A stretch of DNA of 64,000 nt from an uncultured bacterium (GCA_905182795.1 CAJJCZ010000012.1:437-64436), one strand, 5' to 3'. Shown: positions 38,636 to 49,703, counted from the stretch's first letter. Numbers and translations are program-made. Notes: generated by a model from the sequence alone, not told the origin.

Positions 38636-41349
38636 TGAGCTCTAAACAACAAAAAAGATTATTCATTATTGATGGCTATGCCACTTTATATCGATCACAT
38701 TATGCTTTAATCAGAAATCCATTAACAAATATTGCTGGTACACCTACCAGCGCTATATTTGGATTTGCGAATCAAGTATTTCAATTAATTGAAGATGAAA
38801 AGCCAGATTATCTTGTTGCAGCTTTTGATTCAAAAGGTAAAAACTTTAGACATGAACTCTACACAGACTATAAGGCAAATCGATCTGCAATGCCCGATGA
38901 GATACAAACACAACTTCCATATTTATGGGAACTTCTAGAGGCAATGAATATCCCAATGTTAAGAGTGGGAGGTGTAGAAGCAGATGATATTATTGGAACG
39001 GTTGCTAAGATGTGTGATAAAGAAAATCTGCAGTGCAATATTGTAAGTGGAGATAAAGACTTTATGCAATTAATTAATGATAAGACGTTCTTATATGCCC
39101 CTCAAGCAAGAAAGCGTGCAAAAGAAATATTTGATAATAAAAAAGTATTAGAAAAATGGGGAGTTGGGCCAGAGCATATCATTGATTTACTAGGTCTGAT
39201 GGGAGATAGCTCAGATAATGTACCAGGCGTACAGGGAGTTGGTCCCAAGACAGCAATGAAATTGATACAAGATTTCGGTTCTATTGAAAATATATATGAA
39301 GAAATTGATAATATTAGTAATGAAAAAATGAGAGAAAAGTTGTTAAATAGCAAAGACAACGCTTTCTTAAGCAAGCAATTAGTTACTATTTTGACTGATG
39401 TAGATATTGAGGCTACTATCAGTGATTTTAAAAAGAAGGAAATGGATTCAAAAAAATTAGAAGATATTTTTAAGGAATTGGAGTTTTCTGGTCTACTTAA
39501 AAAAATTGGTTCAAAGGAGTCTGTTGAAATCAAAACAGTAAAACGAGAAAAGAAATACGAAAATCTTACCAGTATAAATCAATTAAAATCATTTGTTAGT
39601 TCAGTGAAAGAAAATGAATGGCTATCTGTTGATTTAGAAACTACTTCTATCAATCCTATGATGGCTGAGATTGTAGGATTTAGTTTTTCTGTCAAGAAAG
39701 ATACAGGAGTATATATTCCAATACGCTTTAAAGATAAGACAGACAATTTATTTGGAGATGACGACCTTCAGGTTGTCATTGATATTTTAAAGCCAGTATT
39801 AGAGAATCAAAATATTCCAAAAACAGGACAAAATATTAAATATGATGCATTAATAATGAAACGATACGGAATTGATTTGAATGGTATTGCTTTTGATACA
39901 ATGATTGCTGCACATTTGATTAGTCCTAATGTTAGATCGTACAAATTAGACAATTTGTCTCTAACACATCTTGGTTATAAGATGGTTCCTATACAAGACT
40001 TAATTGGATCAGGAAAAAATCAGATAACCATGGATCAAGTTACCTTAGAGGATGTATCTTTTTATGCAGCAGAAGATGCTGATGTTGTGATTGAGTTGAC
40101 TGATATTTTTCTGAAAGAACTGAAAAATCAAAAATTATATAACTATTTCAAAACAATTGAAATTGATTTATTACCTGTTTTAATTGATATGCAATTTAAC
40201 GGGATTTTTGTTGATAAAGATTACCTTGCAATACGTTCCAGCGAAATTGGTATAAAAATTGATGTTCTCCATAATCAAATTACAAAATTAGCAGATCAAG
40301 ATTTTAATGTGAATTCTTCGCAACAGCTTGCGGAGATTTTATTTGATAAATTAAACCTACCGATGATTAAAAAGCGATCTACAGCAGAAGCTGTTTTATC
40401 AGAATTGAAAAATAAGCATGAGCTTCCAAAGTTAGTATTGCAGTATAGGAAATTATTTAAACTAAAGAATACCTATCTTGACCCAATACCAACTAATATT
40501 AATCCAGTGTCTAATAGAGTCCACTCTTCATTTAATCAAACTATGACAGCCACAGGAAGACTGTCTTCGAGTAGTCCAAATTTTCAGAATATTCCTATTC
40601 GAACAGAAGATGGAAAAGATGTAAGGAAGGCTATTAGAGCACAATCATCAGATTATCAAATTTTTTCTGCAGATTATTCTCAAGTCGAACTAAGAGTTAT
40701 GGCACACTTAAGTCAAGATGTGGCTCTTATCGACGCCCTTAATAAGGGAGAAGATATACATACATTTACTGCAAAAAATATATTTGATATAGATAAAGAT
40801 GAGAATGTGTTACCTGAGATGCGACGTACGGCAAAAATAGTCAATTTTGGAATTATGTATGGTGCAGGTCCATTTCGTTTAAGTAAAGAGTTGGATATTT
40901 CATTCGGAGAAGCTAAAAAAATAAAAGATGCTTATTTTAGTAAGTATAAAGGTATTGAAGATTATATCGCAAGGTCTAAAGTGCTTATTAAATCTGAAAA
41001 ATCTGTACAGACATTATTAGGAAGAAAGAGAGCTGTATGGGACTCAGATAGTCAAAATAAAATTAGAAGAGATGCTGCAGAGCGAATGGCTATTAATATG
41101 CCCATTCAGGGGACAGCAGCTGAAATGATTAAGCTTGCAATGATTAAAATATATAAAGACCTAAAAGATAAAAATCTAAAATCAAAATTGATTTTACAGG
41201 TTCATGATGAGTTGCTTTTAGAGGTTCATAAAGATGAAATAGATTATATATCAGAAATGGTAATTAAAAATATGAAGAACGCAATACAGCTAGACGTTCC
41301 AGTAGAAATTGATTGTGGTTTTGGCCCATCTTGGTTTGAGGCACACTAA
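38635..41349 (+). CDS. polA: DNA polymerase I
   Basis: 5'-nuclease N-terminus (LFIIDGYATLYRSHYA), 3'-5' exonuclease region, polymerase motifs RRTAKIVNFGIMYG and QVHDELLLE. Confidence 0.95.
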   Translation: MSSKQQKRLFIIDGYATLYRSHYALIRNPLTNIAGTPTSAIFGFANQVFQLIEDEKPDYLVAAFDSKGKNFRHELYTDYKANRSAMPDEIQTQLPYLWELLEAMNIPMLRVGGVEADDIIGTVAKMCDKENLQCNIVSGDKDFMQLINDKTFLYAPQARKRAKEIFDNKKVLEKWGVGPEHIIDLLGLMGDSSDNVPGVQGVGPKTAMKLIQDFGSIENIYEEIDNISNEKMREKLLNSKDNAFLSKQLVTILTDVDIEATISDFKKKEMDSKKLEDIFKELEFSGLLKKIGSKESVEIKTVKREKKYENLTSINQLKSFVSSVKENEWLSVDLETTSINPMMAEIVGFSFSVKKDTGVYIPIRFKDKTDNLFGDDDLQVVIDILKPVLENQNIPKTGQNIKYDALIMKRYGIDLNGIAFDTMIAAHLISPNVRSYKLDNLSLTHLGYKMVPIQDLIGSGKNQITMDQVTLEDVSFYAAEDADVVIELTDIFLKELKNQKLYNYFKTIEIDLLPVLIDMQFNGIFVDKDYLAIRSSEIGIKIDVLHNQITKLADQDFNVNSSQQLAEILFDKLNLPMIKKRSTAEAVLSELKNKHELPKLVLQYRKLFKLKNTYLDPIPTNINPVSNRVHSSFNQTMTATGRLSSSSPNFQNIPIRTEDGKDVRKAIRAQSSDYQIFSADYSQVELRVMAHLSQDVALIDALNKGEDIHTFTAKNIFDIDKDENVLPEMRRTAKIVNFGIMYGAGPFRLSKELDISFGEAKKIKDAYFSKYKGIEDYIARSKVLIKSEKSVQTLLGRKRAVWDSDSQNKIRRDAAERMAINMPIQGTAAEMIKLAMIKIYKDLKDKNLKSKLILQVHDELLLEVHKDEIDYISEMVIKNMKNAIQLDVPVEIDCGFGPSWFEAH

Positions 41350-42455
41350 TGAACTATATTGGATCAAAAGTATATATCGATTTAAAGCAATTAGTAAAAA
41401 ACTATCATCTTTTAAACAATAAAGTCGGTAATCTTCCTATTATGGCTACAGTAAAAGCTAATGGATATGGTCATGGTGCTGTCGAAGTTTCAAAAGCTTT
41501 AGAAAAAGAAGGGGTTAGGTATTTAGCAGTCTTTACAATCGAAGAAGGTATAGAATTGAGAGAAGCTGGAGTTCAATCAGACATTTTACTTTATTCAAAG
41601 CTAAATCCTCATGGTATAGATAGCGCTATAAAACATAAACTTACTTTAAACATCTCTTCTTTTGATGATCTAAAAATTTTAGAGACATATAATACACAAG
41701 AGCATACACTTAAAGTGCACTTAAAGATAGATACTGGAATGACAAGATTGGGCGTACCTCATAATCAAGCAGAAGATTTTTTCAAGCAAGCACAAGATAT
41801 TAACCATATAGAGATTGAAGGATTATATTCTCATTTTGCAACTGCAGATGAAGGAGATTTAACATATGCAAAATCTCAATTAGACAAGTTTAATGCAGTG
41901 TTAACAGTTGCAGAAAAGCTAAATATTAAACCTTCATTAATTCACTGTAGTAATAGTGGAGCAATTCTAAATTTACCAGAATCACGGTTTAATATAATTC
42001 GTACAGGGATGTTATTATATGGAGGATTTCCATCTGATGAAGTACCTCAAGATTTGCCTATTAAACCAGTAATGACTTTTACTGCTCCTGTCGTAGAAAT
42101 CAGAGATGTAAAAGCAGGAACTCATATTAGTTATGGTGGAGTATATACTACAAAAGAAGATACAAGAATTGCAGTAGTACAAGCTGGATTTGCAGATGGA
42201 GTACCACGTCCTTGGTATGTAGATGGATTTGTAAAGTTTAAAGATCAAAATTTAAAGATTACTGGAAGAATTTGCATGGATCAGTTGATGATTGATATCG
42301 GATCAGCTGATATTAAGTATGGAGATGAGGTATTAATTTTTGGTTCCAATAAACATGGAACTATTCTAGTGAATGACATTGCTCAAACTATTGATTCTAC
42401 ATCGTATGTACTAGTAACTGCGATTGGAATCCGTCCAAAAAGAATTTATTCTTAG
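41349..42455 (+). CDS. alr: Alanine racemase
   Basis: PLP-lysine motif VKANGYGHG and ICMDQLMID. Confidence 0.9.
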   Translation: MNYIGSKVYIDLKQLVKNYHLLNNKVGNLPIMATVKANGYGHGAVEVSKALEKEGVRYLAVFTIEEGIELREAGVQSDILLYSKLNPHGIDSAIKHKLTLNISSFDDLKILETYNTQEHTLKVHLKIDTGMTRLGVPHNQAEDFFKQAQDINHIEIEGLYSHFATADEGDLTYAKSQLDKFNAVLTVAEKLNIKPSLIHCSNSGAILNLPESRFNIIRTGMLLYGGFPSDEVPQDLPIKPVMTFTAPVVEIRDVKAGTHISYGGVYTTKEDTRIAVVQAGFADGVPRPWYVDGFVKFKDQNLKITGRICMDQLMIDIGSADIKYGDEVLIFGSNKHGTILVNDIAQTIDSTSYVLVTAIGIRPKRIYS

Positions 42456-42608
42456 GCCATTATTTTTTATATTATAAAGAGCAAGCAAAGAGCGGAGTAG
42501 ATGCAGTTTAAGAGCGTATTAATCGCCTAAAAGAACAAAGCAAAGATATCGTTCTTATGATAGATGATTTAAAAGATATAAGACGTAATCTAAATAGGAT
42601 TGTAGAAA

Positions 42609-44393
42609 ATGGAAAAAAATAAAACAGTTAAAATTGGTGGAGCTTCCGCATTTTGGGGAGATACCAATAATGCAGCAGCACAACTTGTACATAGTAAGCA
42701 GATTGATTATCTAGTCTTTGATTATCTAGCAGAAATAACAATGTCTATTTTGGCAGGTGCAAAAATGAAAAATTCTGAATTAGGATACGCTACAGACTTT
42801 GTAAAACAAGTTGCTCCATTATTACAAGATATAAAAATACAGGGAATTAAAGTCGTTAGCAATGCAGGAGGTATTAATCCTCAAGCATGTCGTGAAATGT
42901 TGCTGGATGCAGCTAAAAAAGCAAACGTTGAATTAAATGTTGCTGTAGTTGAAGGTGATAATCTTTTAGATCAAAAAGATACATTACAAGCACTACCTGT
43001 AAAAGAAATGGAAATAGGAAGCTCAATGCCAGAAAATGTAATGAGTATTAATGCATATCTTGGAGCTTCTGCGATTGAAAGTGCTTTAAAAGAAGGTGCA
43101 GATGTTGTTATTACAGGAAGATGTGTTGATAGTGCAGTTGTATTAGGTCCGTTAATGTATGAATTTGGTTGGAAGTCCACAGAATATGATTTACTTGCAG
43201 CAGGAAGTTTAGCTGGTCATATCATTGAATGTGGTGCTCAATGTACAGGTGGAAATTTCACTGATTGGCATTTAATAAAAGATTTTGATAATATGGGCTT
43301 TCCTATTGTAGAAGTACAAGCGAATGGAGATTTCATTGTTACAAAACCAGAAAATACTGGTGGTATTGTATCATTTGGCTCAGTTGCTGAACAATTTTTA
43401 TATGAGATTGGTAATCCAAATGCATATATCTTACCGGATGTAATATGTAATTTTACTAATGTTACTATTAAAGAAATTGGAGTCAATCGTGTATTATTTT
43501 CTGGTGCAAAAGGTATTGCTCCAACAAGTACCTATAAAGTTTCTGCTACTTATTTAAGCGGTTATCGCGTTACAGTACCAATCATTATTGGTGGTATTAA
43601 TGCTGTTAAAAAAGCACAAATCACTGCTGATGCTATTATTAAGAAAACTCAACGCATGTTTAAAGAAAACGGTTGGGCTGATTATACAGATAAAAAGATA
43701 TCTATTATTGGAACAGAGGCAATGTATGGTCATAATGCACTTCCAGTTAAACCGAGAGAAGTATTGTTAAGAATTGTGGCAACACATAATCAAAAAGAGG
43801 CATTAATTCTTTTATCTAAGGAAATTGCACAAGCATCTACCGGTATGACTCCTGGCTTTACTAACATGCTTGGTGGTAGACCTTCTGTATCTCGATCAAT
43901 AAGACTATTCTCTTTTCTGGCACCAAAAAATAGTGTAGAAACTGTAGTTGACGTATGTGATAAGAGGTTCGAAATAGATAATGGAAATGAGTTCAGTAAT
44001 ATAGAAGATTTACAGGATGTTGAAATTCCTATACAGGATCTACAACCAACAGATTCAGAAGTATCCTTACTTAAGCTAGCTTACGGTCGTAGTGGAGATA
44101 AAGGAGATCATTGTAATATTGGTATTATTGCTAGGCAGTCAGAATATCTTCCATATATTAAGAATTTTTTAACAACTGATCGGGTAGCAAAGCATTTTGC
44201 ACATGTATTGCAAGGCGATGTTCATTGTTGGGATGTTCCTGGAATACATGCATTAAATTTTCTGCTTAAAAATTCTTTAGGTGGAGGAGGAATGGCAAGT
44301 TTAAATATAGATCCACAAGGTAAGGCATATGCACAACAACTACTTGATATTAAAGTACCAGTTCCAAGTGCTATAGCTGAGGAGATAAGATAA
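42609..44393 (+). CDS. AtuA-family (DUF1446) protein, long form
   Basis: N-terminus VKIGGASAFWGDT...IDYLVFDYLAEITMSILA is characteristic of the acyclic terpene utilisation AtuA family. The 594 aa length matches the fused long form. Confidence 0.75.
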   Translation: MEKNKTVKIGGASAFWGDTNNAAAQLVHSKQIDYLVFDYLAEITMSILAGAKMKNSELGYATDFVKQVAPLLQDIKIQGIKVVSNAGGINPQACREMLLDAAKKANVELNVAVVEGDNLLDQKDTLQALPVKEMEIGSSMPENVMSINAYLGASAIESALKEGADVVITGRCVDSAVVLGPLMYEFGWKSTEYDLLAAGSLAGHIIECGAQCTGGNFTDWHLIKDFDNMGFPIVEVQANGDFIVTKPENTGGIVSFGSVAEQFLYEIGNPNAYILPDVICNFTNVTIKEIGVNRVLFSGAKGIAPTSTYKVSATYLSGYRVTVPIIIGGINAVKKAQITADAIIKKTQRMFKENGWADYTDKKISIIGTEAMYGHNALPVKPREVLLRIVATHNQKEALILLSKEIAQASTGMTPGFTNMLGGRPSVSRSIRLFSFLAPKNSVETVVDVCDKRFEIDNGNEFSNIEDLQDVEIPIQDLQPTDSEVSLLKLAYGRSGDKGDHCNIGIIARQSEYLPYIKNFLTTDRVAKHFAHVLQGDVHCWDVPGIHALNFLLKNSLGGGGMASLNIDPQGKAYAQQLLDIKVPVPSAIAEEIR

Positions 44394-44539
44394 CTATACA
44401 ATATAACAGAGTGCTTAGAAAAGAATTAGCATTCCAACCGTTACAAAAAAGTGATAAACATAAACCGTTTGATGGTTTTCATTTATCAAAACTTCCAGAA
44501 GTTTTAGAAAGAAAATTATAATTAATTATAGGAAAAAAA

Positions 44540-46165
44540 ATGGCAAAAGAATATAAATCTAAAGTAAATATTGAATCAGAATCTTATCTAAAAAATCGAG
44601 ATGGTATGCTAAAACTAATAACTAAGCTACGCAATATTGAAAAAAGAGGTGTTAATGCTTCAGAGCGTAAGCGTTCTCGCTTTGAAGAGCGTGGACAGCT
44701 AACCCCAAGAGAAAGATTAAACGCACTAATTGACCCAGGATCTGAGTTTGTAGAATTATATAATATGGCAGGATATTTAGTAGAAGACAATAATCCTGAC
44801 ACTAGCGTTCCTGGAGCAAGCGTAATTGCAGGTATTGGATTCATCAATGATATTAGATGTTTAATAATGGTTGATGATAGCGGAATTAATGCTGGCGCTG
44901 CAACAAGTATGACTGTTGATAAAGCAATTGGATGTCTAAAAATTTCTTTAGAAAAAAAGTTACCTTTCGTTCACTTAGTCGAAAGTGCAGGAATTAATCT
45001 CATGAATTATAAAGTCGAAATTTGGGCGAGAGCTGGTAAAATGTTTGCAGGTTTAGCAAGACTAAGTGCTGCTGGAGTTCCAACCATAACAGTACTGCAC
45101 GGCCTTTCTACAGCTGGAGGAGCTTATAATGTTGGAATGAGCGATTATGTTATTGGTGTCAAAAAGAATGGGATGGCTGCATTAGCAGGACCAGCACTTT
45201 TAAAAGCAGCAACGAATGAAATATCCTCTAATGAAGAATTAGGCGGTTCTGAGATGCATGCTACAGTTTCAGGTCTTGTAGAATATCTCGCTGAAGATGA
45301 TATAGATGCCATCAATATTACGAGAGATATTGTTAGCAGTCTTGATTGGAACAGTGCAGCGCTTCCATTAACAGTAAAAGAATATGAAGAACCAAAATAT
45401 GATGCTGATGAGATTGCAGGTATTGTAAATCTAGACTATAGAAGACTTTATGATGTTAGAGAGATTTTATCTCGCATTGTTGATGAATCTAAATTTATTG
45501 AATTCAAACCAAGATATGGATTTACAACGCTTTGTTTTCATGCGGAGATTTATGGTCAAAATTGTGGAATTATTGGCAATAATGGACCAATAGATACCAA
45601 TGGTGCTACTAAAGCTGCACAATTTATTCAGTTATGCGATAAATCGAATATTCCACTGATATTTATAAATAACGTTACAGGCTTTATGGTAGGAAAGCAA
45701 TATGAGCAAGCAGGAATGATCAAGCATGGATCTAAGATGATCCAAGCCGTAACAAATGTTACCGTTCCCAAAATAACATTATATGCAGGCGCAAGTTTTG
45801 GTGCTGGTAATTATGGAATGTGTGGATATGCTTATGAACCAGACTTTTTATTGTCTTGGCCTAATGCAGTTACAGGTGTTATGGGTGGAAAGCAAGCAGC
45901 ATCAACTATGAGTCAAGTTATTGCAGCATCAGCTAAAGGTCGTGGCGAAGAGATTGATCAAGAAAAACTTGATGAAAAAGAAAAAGCAATTACAGAACAT
46001 TTTGATAGTCAATCAAGTGCGTTTTATACATCAGGGCGACTACTTGATATGGGAATCATTGATCCTAGACATACAAGAAAAATTTTAGGGTTTCTTTTAG
46101 ATACATGTAAAGAAGCTCAAAATCGCACATTGAAATCAAACACTTTTGGCATTGCAAGGATGTAG
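44540..46165 (+). CDS. Acyl-CoA carboxylase carboxyltransferase (beta) subunit, MccB/AtuC-like
   Basis: ~540 aa carboxyl_trans fold: RGQLTPRERL, two CT half-domains, C-terminal GIIDPRHTR. Confidence 0.85.
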   Translation: MAKEYKSKVNIESESYLKNRDGMLKLITKLRNIEKRGVNASERKRSRFEERGQLTPRERLNALIDPGSEFVELYNMAGYLVEDNNPDTSVPGASVIAGIGFINDIRCLIMVDDSGINAGAATSMTVDKAIGCLKISLEKKLPFVHLVESAGINLMNYKVEIWARAGKMFAGLARLSAAGVPTITVLHGLSTAGGAYNVGMSDYVIGVKKNGMAALAGPALLKAATNEISSNEELGGSEMHATVSGLVEYLAEDDIDAINITRDIVSSLDWNSAALPLTVKEYEEPKYDADEIAGIVNLDYRRLYDVREILSRIVDESKFIEFKPRYGFTTLCFHAEIYGQNCGIIGNNGPIDTNGATKAAQFIQLCDKSNIPLIFINNVTGFMVGKQYEQAGMIKHGSKMIQAVTNVTVPKITLYAGASFGAGNYGMCGYAYEPDFLLSWPNAVTGVMGGKQAASTMSQVIAASAKGRGEEIDQEKLDEKEKAITEHFDSQSSAFYTSGRLLDMGIIDPRHTRKILGFLLDTCKEAQNRTLKSNTFGIARM

Positions 46166-46174
46166 GAGAGAATT

Positions 46175-46981
46175 ATGACAAAAAATCTACCAAATACAAA
46201 TAGTATTATACTAGAATTAGATAATAATTGGCTAACGATTTGGCTTAATACTCCAGAAAATCGTAATGCATTAACTGATAAAATGATCGATGATTTCAAT
46301 AGCGTATTTAAGGTATTAAATAATACTAGAGATATTAGAGGCGTTACTATTAGAGGTAAGAATAATGTTTTTTGTGCTGGCGGTGATTTAAAAGGAATGA
46401 ATAAGGTGTTTGATAGCAAAAATCCAATTGAAGATGCCATAGAATTGAGTACAAGAGTAGGACATTTTTTTAAATCAATAAATTCTCTTCCTCAAGTTAC
46501 CATTATGATTATTGAGGGTGTTGCAATGGCCGGAGGGCTAGGCCTTGCGTGTGCAGGTGATATCACAGTTGTACATTCTGATACAAAATTTGCTTTAACA
46601 GAAACTATGATTGGATTAACTCCAGCTCAAATATCACCATACCTTGTTTCAAAAATGGGCTATGCAAATGCTAGACACTTAATGTTGACTGCGGCAAGAT
46701 TTGATGGAAAAGATGCACAGAAAATTGGATTAGCAGATTTTATTTTTGATGATGAAAGCGAAGTAAAAGAAATTGAGAATAAGCTTAAATCTCAAATATT
46801 AAAATGTGCACCAGGAGCGATTGCACAAACAAAAGAATTGGTTAATTCTTTTGCAATTAAAGTAGATAAAGATTTTATCGATTTAGCAAGTAAGAATTTT
46901 GCTGATCAAATATTAGATGGAGAAGGAAAAGAAGGAATTTCTTCATTTATTGAAAAACGTAAACCAAAGTGGCAAAAATAA
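46175..46981 (+). CDS. Enoyl-CoA hydratase/isomerase (crotonase) family protein
   Basis: FCAGGDLKG oxyanion motif, GVAMAGGLGLACAGD, C-terminal FIEKRKPKW. Confidence 0.8.
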   Translation: MTKNLPNTNSIILELDNNWLTIWLNTPENRNALTDKMIDDFNSVFKVLNNTRDIRGVTIRGKNNVFCAGGDLKGMNKVFDSKNPIEDAIELSTRVGHFFKSINSLPQVTIMIIEGVAMAGGLGLACAGDITVVHSDTKFALTETMIGLTPAQISPYLVSKMGYANARHLMLTAARFDGKDAQKIGLADFIFDDESEVKEIENKLKSQILKCAPGAIAQTKELVNSFAIKVDKDFIDLASKNFADQILDGEGKEGISSFIEKRKPKWQK

Positions 46982-47000
46982 TTTTATTTAGGAGAAAAAA

Positions 47001-48152
47001 ATGAAATTTACAGATGAACATCACGCATTATATAAAACAGTTAAAGAATTTGGTGAAAATGAAATAAAACCATTTTCCGAAGAATGGGAAAAAGCGGGAA
47101 TTTATCCAGCCCATGAAATTTTTAAAAAAATGGGGGACTTAGATTTACTAGGAATAACAAAAGATCCCAAATATGGAGGAACAGGGCTTGATTATTCTTT
47201 TTCTGTTGTTTTTGCTGAAGCCCTTGGACATGCTTGTAATGCTTCGGCAATAATGAGCATAGGAGTGCAAACTGATATGGCAACTCCTGCTTTAGATAAG
47301 TATGGATCTGATCTGATTAAGAAAGAATTTCTAGCACCGTCTATATCTGGTGATTATGTTGCTGCTCTTGCAGTAAGTGAGCCAAATAGCGGATCAGATG
47401 TTGCATCAATTAAAACCTCAGCAAAAAAAGATGGTGATGACTATATCATCAATGGTCAAAAAATGTGGATTACTAATGCTACTCAAGCAGACTATTTTTG
47501 TGTGTTAGTGAATACAAGCAATGATTCAGTACATCACAATAAATCGTTAATCGTAGTTCCATCAAATACTCCAGGGCTGTCTGTTGGTGATAAAATAGAT
47601 AAAATTGGAATGAGAGCTTCAGATACAGCACCAGTTTATTTTGATAATGTAAGAGTACCTCAAGCTTATAGAATCGGAGAGGAAGGTGCAGGATTTACTA
47701 TGCAAATGAAGCAATTTCAAGAGGAGAGATTATTCCTTACAGCGTCAACTCTTATAGCAATGGAAAATTGTATAAAAGATACTATTGAATATTGTACAGA
47801 AAGAAAGGCTTTTGGAAAGTCAATTCTAGATAATCAAGTTATTCATTTTAGACTTGCTGAGCTTCAAACTGAGCTTGAAGCATTAAGAGCTTTAACTTAT
47901 AAAGCATGCGATAGATTTGTTGATGGTAAGGATGTAACAATGTTAGCATCAATGGCAAAGTTAAAAAGTGGAAGATTAATACGTGAAGTTACAGATTCAT
48001 GTTTACAATATTGGGGTGGAATGGGCTTTACTACTGAAAATCCTGTTTCTCAACAGTACAGAGATGGTAGACTTCAATCAATTGGCGGCGGAACAGATGA
48101 AATAATGCTACAGATTATTTGTAAGCATATGGATACGTTACCGAAAAAATAA
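47001..48152 (+). CDS. Acyl-CoA dehydrogenase
   Basis: ALAVSEPNSGSD, QKMWITNA and a C-terminal GGGTDEIM-type motif. AGGAG Shine-Dalgarno upstream. Confidence 0.9.
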   Translation: MKFTDEHHALYKTVKEFGENEIKPFSEEWEKAGIYPAHEIFKKMGDLDLLGITKDPKYGGTGLDYSFSVVFAEALGHACNASAIMSIGVQTDMATPALDKYGSDLIKKEFLAPSISGDYVAALAVSEPNSGSDVASIKTSAKKDGDDYIINGQKMWITNATQADYFCVLVNTSNDSVHHNKSLIVVPSNTPGLSVGDKIDKIGMRASDTAPVYFDNVRVPQAYRIGEEGAGFTMQMKQFQEERLFLTASTLIAMENCIKDTIEYCTERKAFGKSILDNQVIHFRLAELQTELEALRALTYKACDRFVDGKDVTMLASMAKLKSGRLIREVTDSCLQYWGGMGFTTENPVSQQYRDGRLQSIGGGTDEIMLQIICKHMDTLPKK

Positions 48153-48324
48153 TTTTAGGAGAAAGTTATAAAGATTCGAGGAGCAAACTAAAACCTAACC
48201 AAGGGTAAATGAAAGGAATTAAGAGGTATTTTTTAAACTTTAATCTGCTCCTCATTTTAGTATATGTTTTATATAAAATAATGTTCCCCTTTTTTCTTTT
48301 TTTTACTTATTATACAAGCATGAT

Positions 48325-48398
<74 letters not shown>

Positions 48399-48429
48399 CT
48401 AACCTCCGTTCAAAAAAGGACAATTAAAA

Positions 48430-49695
48430 ATGGAATTATCAAATAAAAAAGAATACAGTATCTTTCAAAAGATTTTGCTTAACCCTATCTTTCTTTTTCT
48501 GATTGTAGCCTCTTCAATGTGGTCAGTATGGGATATAACTAAATCGGAATCTTCTGAGGAATTATTAATGAAAAAAGCAAATGAACTAGCACAAAAATTT
48601 ATTATTACAGATGGTCATATTGATGTCCCTTGGCGTTTGCATAAGGGTGGATATGAAGATTTATCCGTAAGAACTCCAGGTGGAGATTTTGATTATGTTC
48701 GTGCAACAGAAGGCGGACTAGATGTCCCTTTTATGTCAATATATGTTCCTGCTACTTATCAAGTAACTGGCGGAGCAAAAGCAATGGCAGAAGAATTAAT
48801 TGGAATGGTAGAAAGAATTACAACCGATCATCCAGACAAATTTGAGATTGCATATAACGTTTCAGATGCCGATAGAATTGTTAGTGAAGGAAAGATAGCA
48901 CTTCCAATGGGTATGGAAAATGGAGCTCCTATAGAAGGAGATTTAAAAAATATTGAATATTTTCATAATAAAGGAATTAGTTATATTACTTTAACTCATT
49001 CTAAAGATAATGCTATTTGTGATTCTTCATATGACACAACAGGCACTCATCAAGGTTTAAGTAGTTTCGGCGCAGAAGTAGTTACAGAGATGAATAGAGT
49101 AGGAGTTATGGTGGATATATCTCATGTATCTGATAATGCTTTTTATCAAGTAATGGATATTACAAAAGTTCCTGCAATTGCTTCTCATTCTTCATGCAGG
49201 CATTTTACTCCAGGTTTTGAACGAAATATGAGTGATAATATGATTAAACGTCTTGCTGAAAATGGTGGAGTAATTCAAATTAATTTTGGTTCATCATTTG
49301 TTACTAAATCATCACAAGATAAGCGTACTGCAAATGGAGAAAAAGTAAGTCAATATGCAGAAGAAAATAATTTAGAATCTGATGATCCTAAAGTTCAAGA
49401 GTTTGCTAAACAAGTTGCTGAAGATAACCCTGTTTTTTGTGATGTAACAGATGTAGCAGACCACATTGATCGTGTAGTAGAATTAGCTGGTATTGAGCAT
49501 GTTGGTTTTGGGTCAGATTATGATGGAGTAGGAGATACTCTTCCATATGGACTTAAAGACCCTTCTGATTTTCCTAATTTAATATATCATTTATTAAAAA
49601 GAGGTTATTCTGAAGAGGATATCGAAAAAATATGTTATAAAAATGTATGGCGCGTTTGGAAAGCAACTGAAGAATTTGCTAATTCTCAAAGTTAG
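48430..49695 (+). CDS. Membrane-anchored M19-family dipeptidase
   Basis: N-terminal TM helix, TDGHIDVPWRL, ITLTHSKDN and GFGSDYDG motifs. Confidence 0.85.
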   Translation: MELSNKKEYSIFQKILLNPIFLFLIVASSMWSVWDITKSESSEELLMKKANELAQKFIITDGHIDVPWRLHKGGYEDLSVRTPGGDFDYVRATEGGLDVPFMSIYVPATYQVTGGAKAMAEELIGMVERITTDHPDKFEIAYNVSDADRIVSEGKIALPMGMENGAPIEGDLKNIEYFHNKGISYITLTHSKDNAICDSSYDTTGTHQGLSSFGAEVVTEMNRVGVMVDISHVSDNAFYQVMDITKVPAIASHSSCRHFTPGFERNMSDNMIKRLAENGGVIQINFGSSFVTKSSQDKRTANGEKVSQYAEENNLESDDPKVQEFAKQVAEDNPVFCDVTDVADHIDRVVELAGIEHVGFGSDYDGVGDTLPYGLKDPSDFPNLIYHLLKRGYSEEDIEKICYKNVWRVWKATEEFANSQS

Positions 49696-49703
49696 TATAG
49701 TTC

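Noticed and set aside
42520-42608. Open reading stretch ERINRLKEQSKDIVLMIDDLKDIRRNLNRIVENGKK* in the alr/AtuA spacer, and a similar 37-codon stretch at about 44418-44531 (GTG..LRKELAFQPLQKSDKHKPFDGFHLSKLPEVLERKL*).
   Set aside because: No convincing start or RBS, very short, and no recognisable homology. They may be gene remnants, but I cannot support that from the sequence alone.
48153-48324. 172-nt spacer upstream of the tRNA. It has an 8-bp long-range complement (GAGGAGCA 48178-48185 with TGCTCCTC 48246-48253) and an AATTTTAGGAGAAA motif that echoes the RBS region of the upstream ACAD gene.
   Set aside because: The 60-nt loop has no convincing internal structure and no match to an RNA family I recognise. 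It is most likely promoter or spacer DNA for the tRNA.
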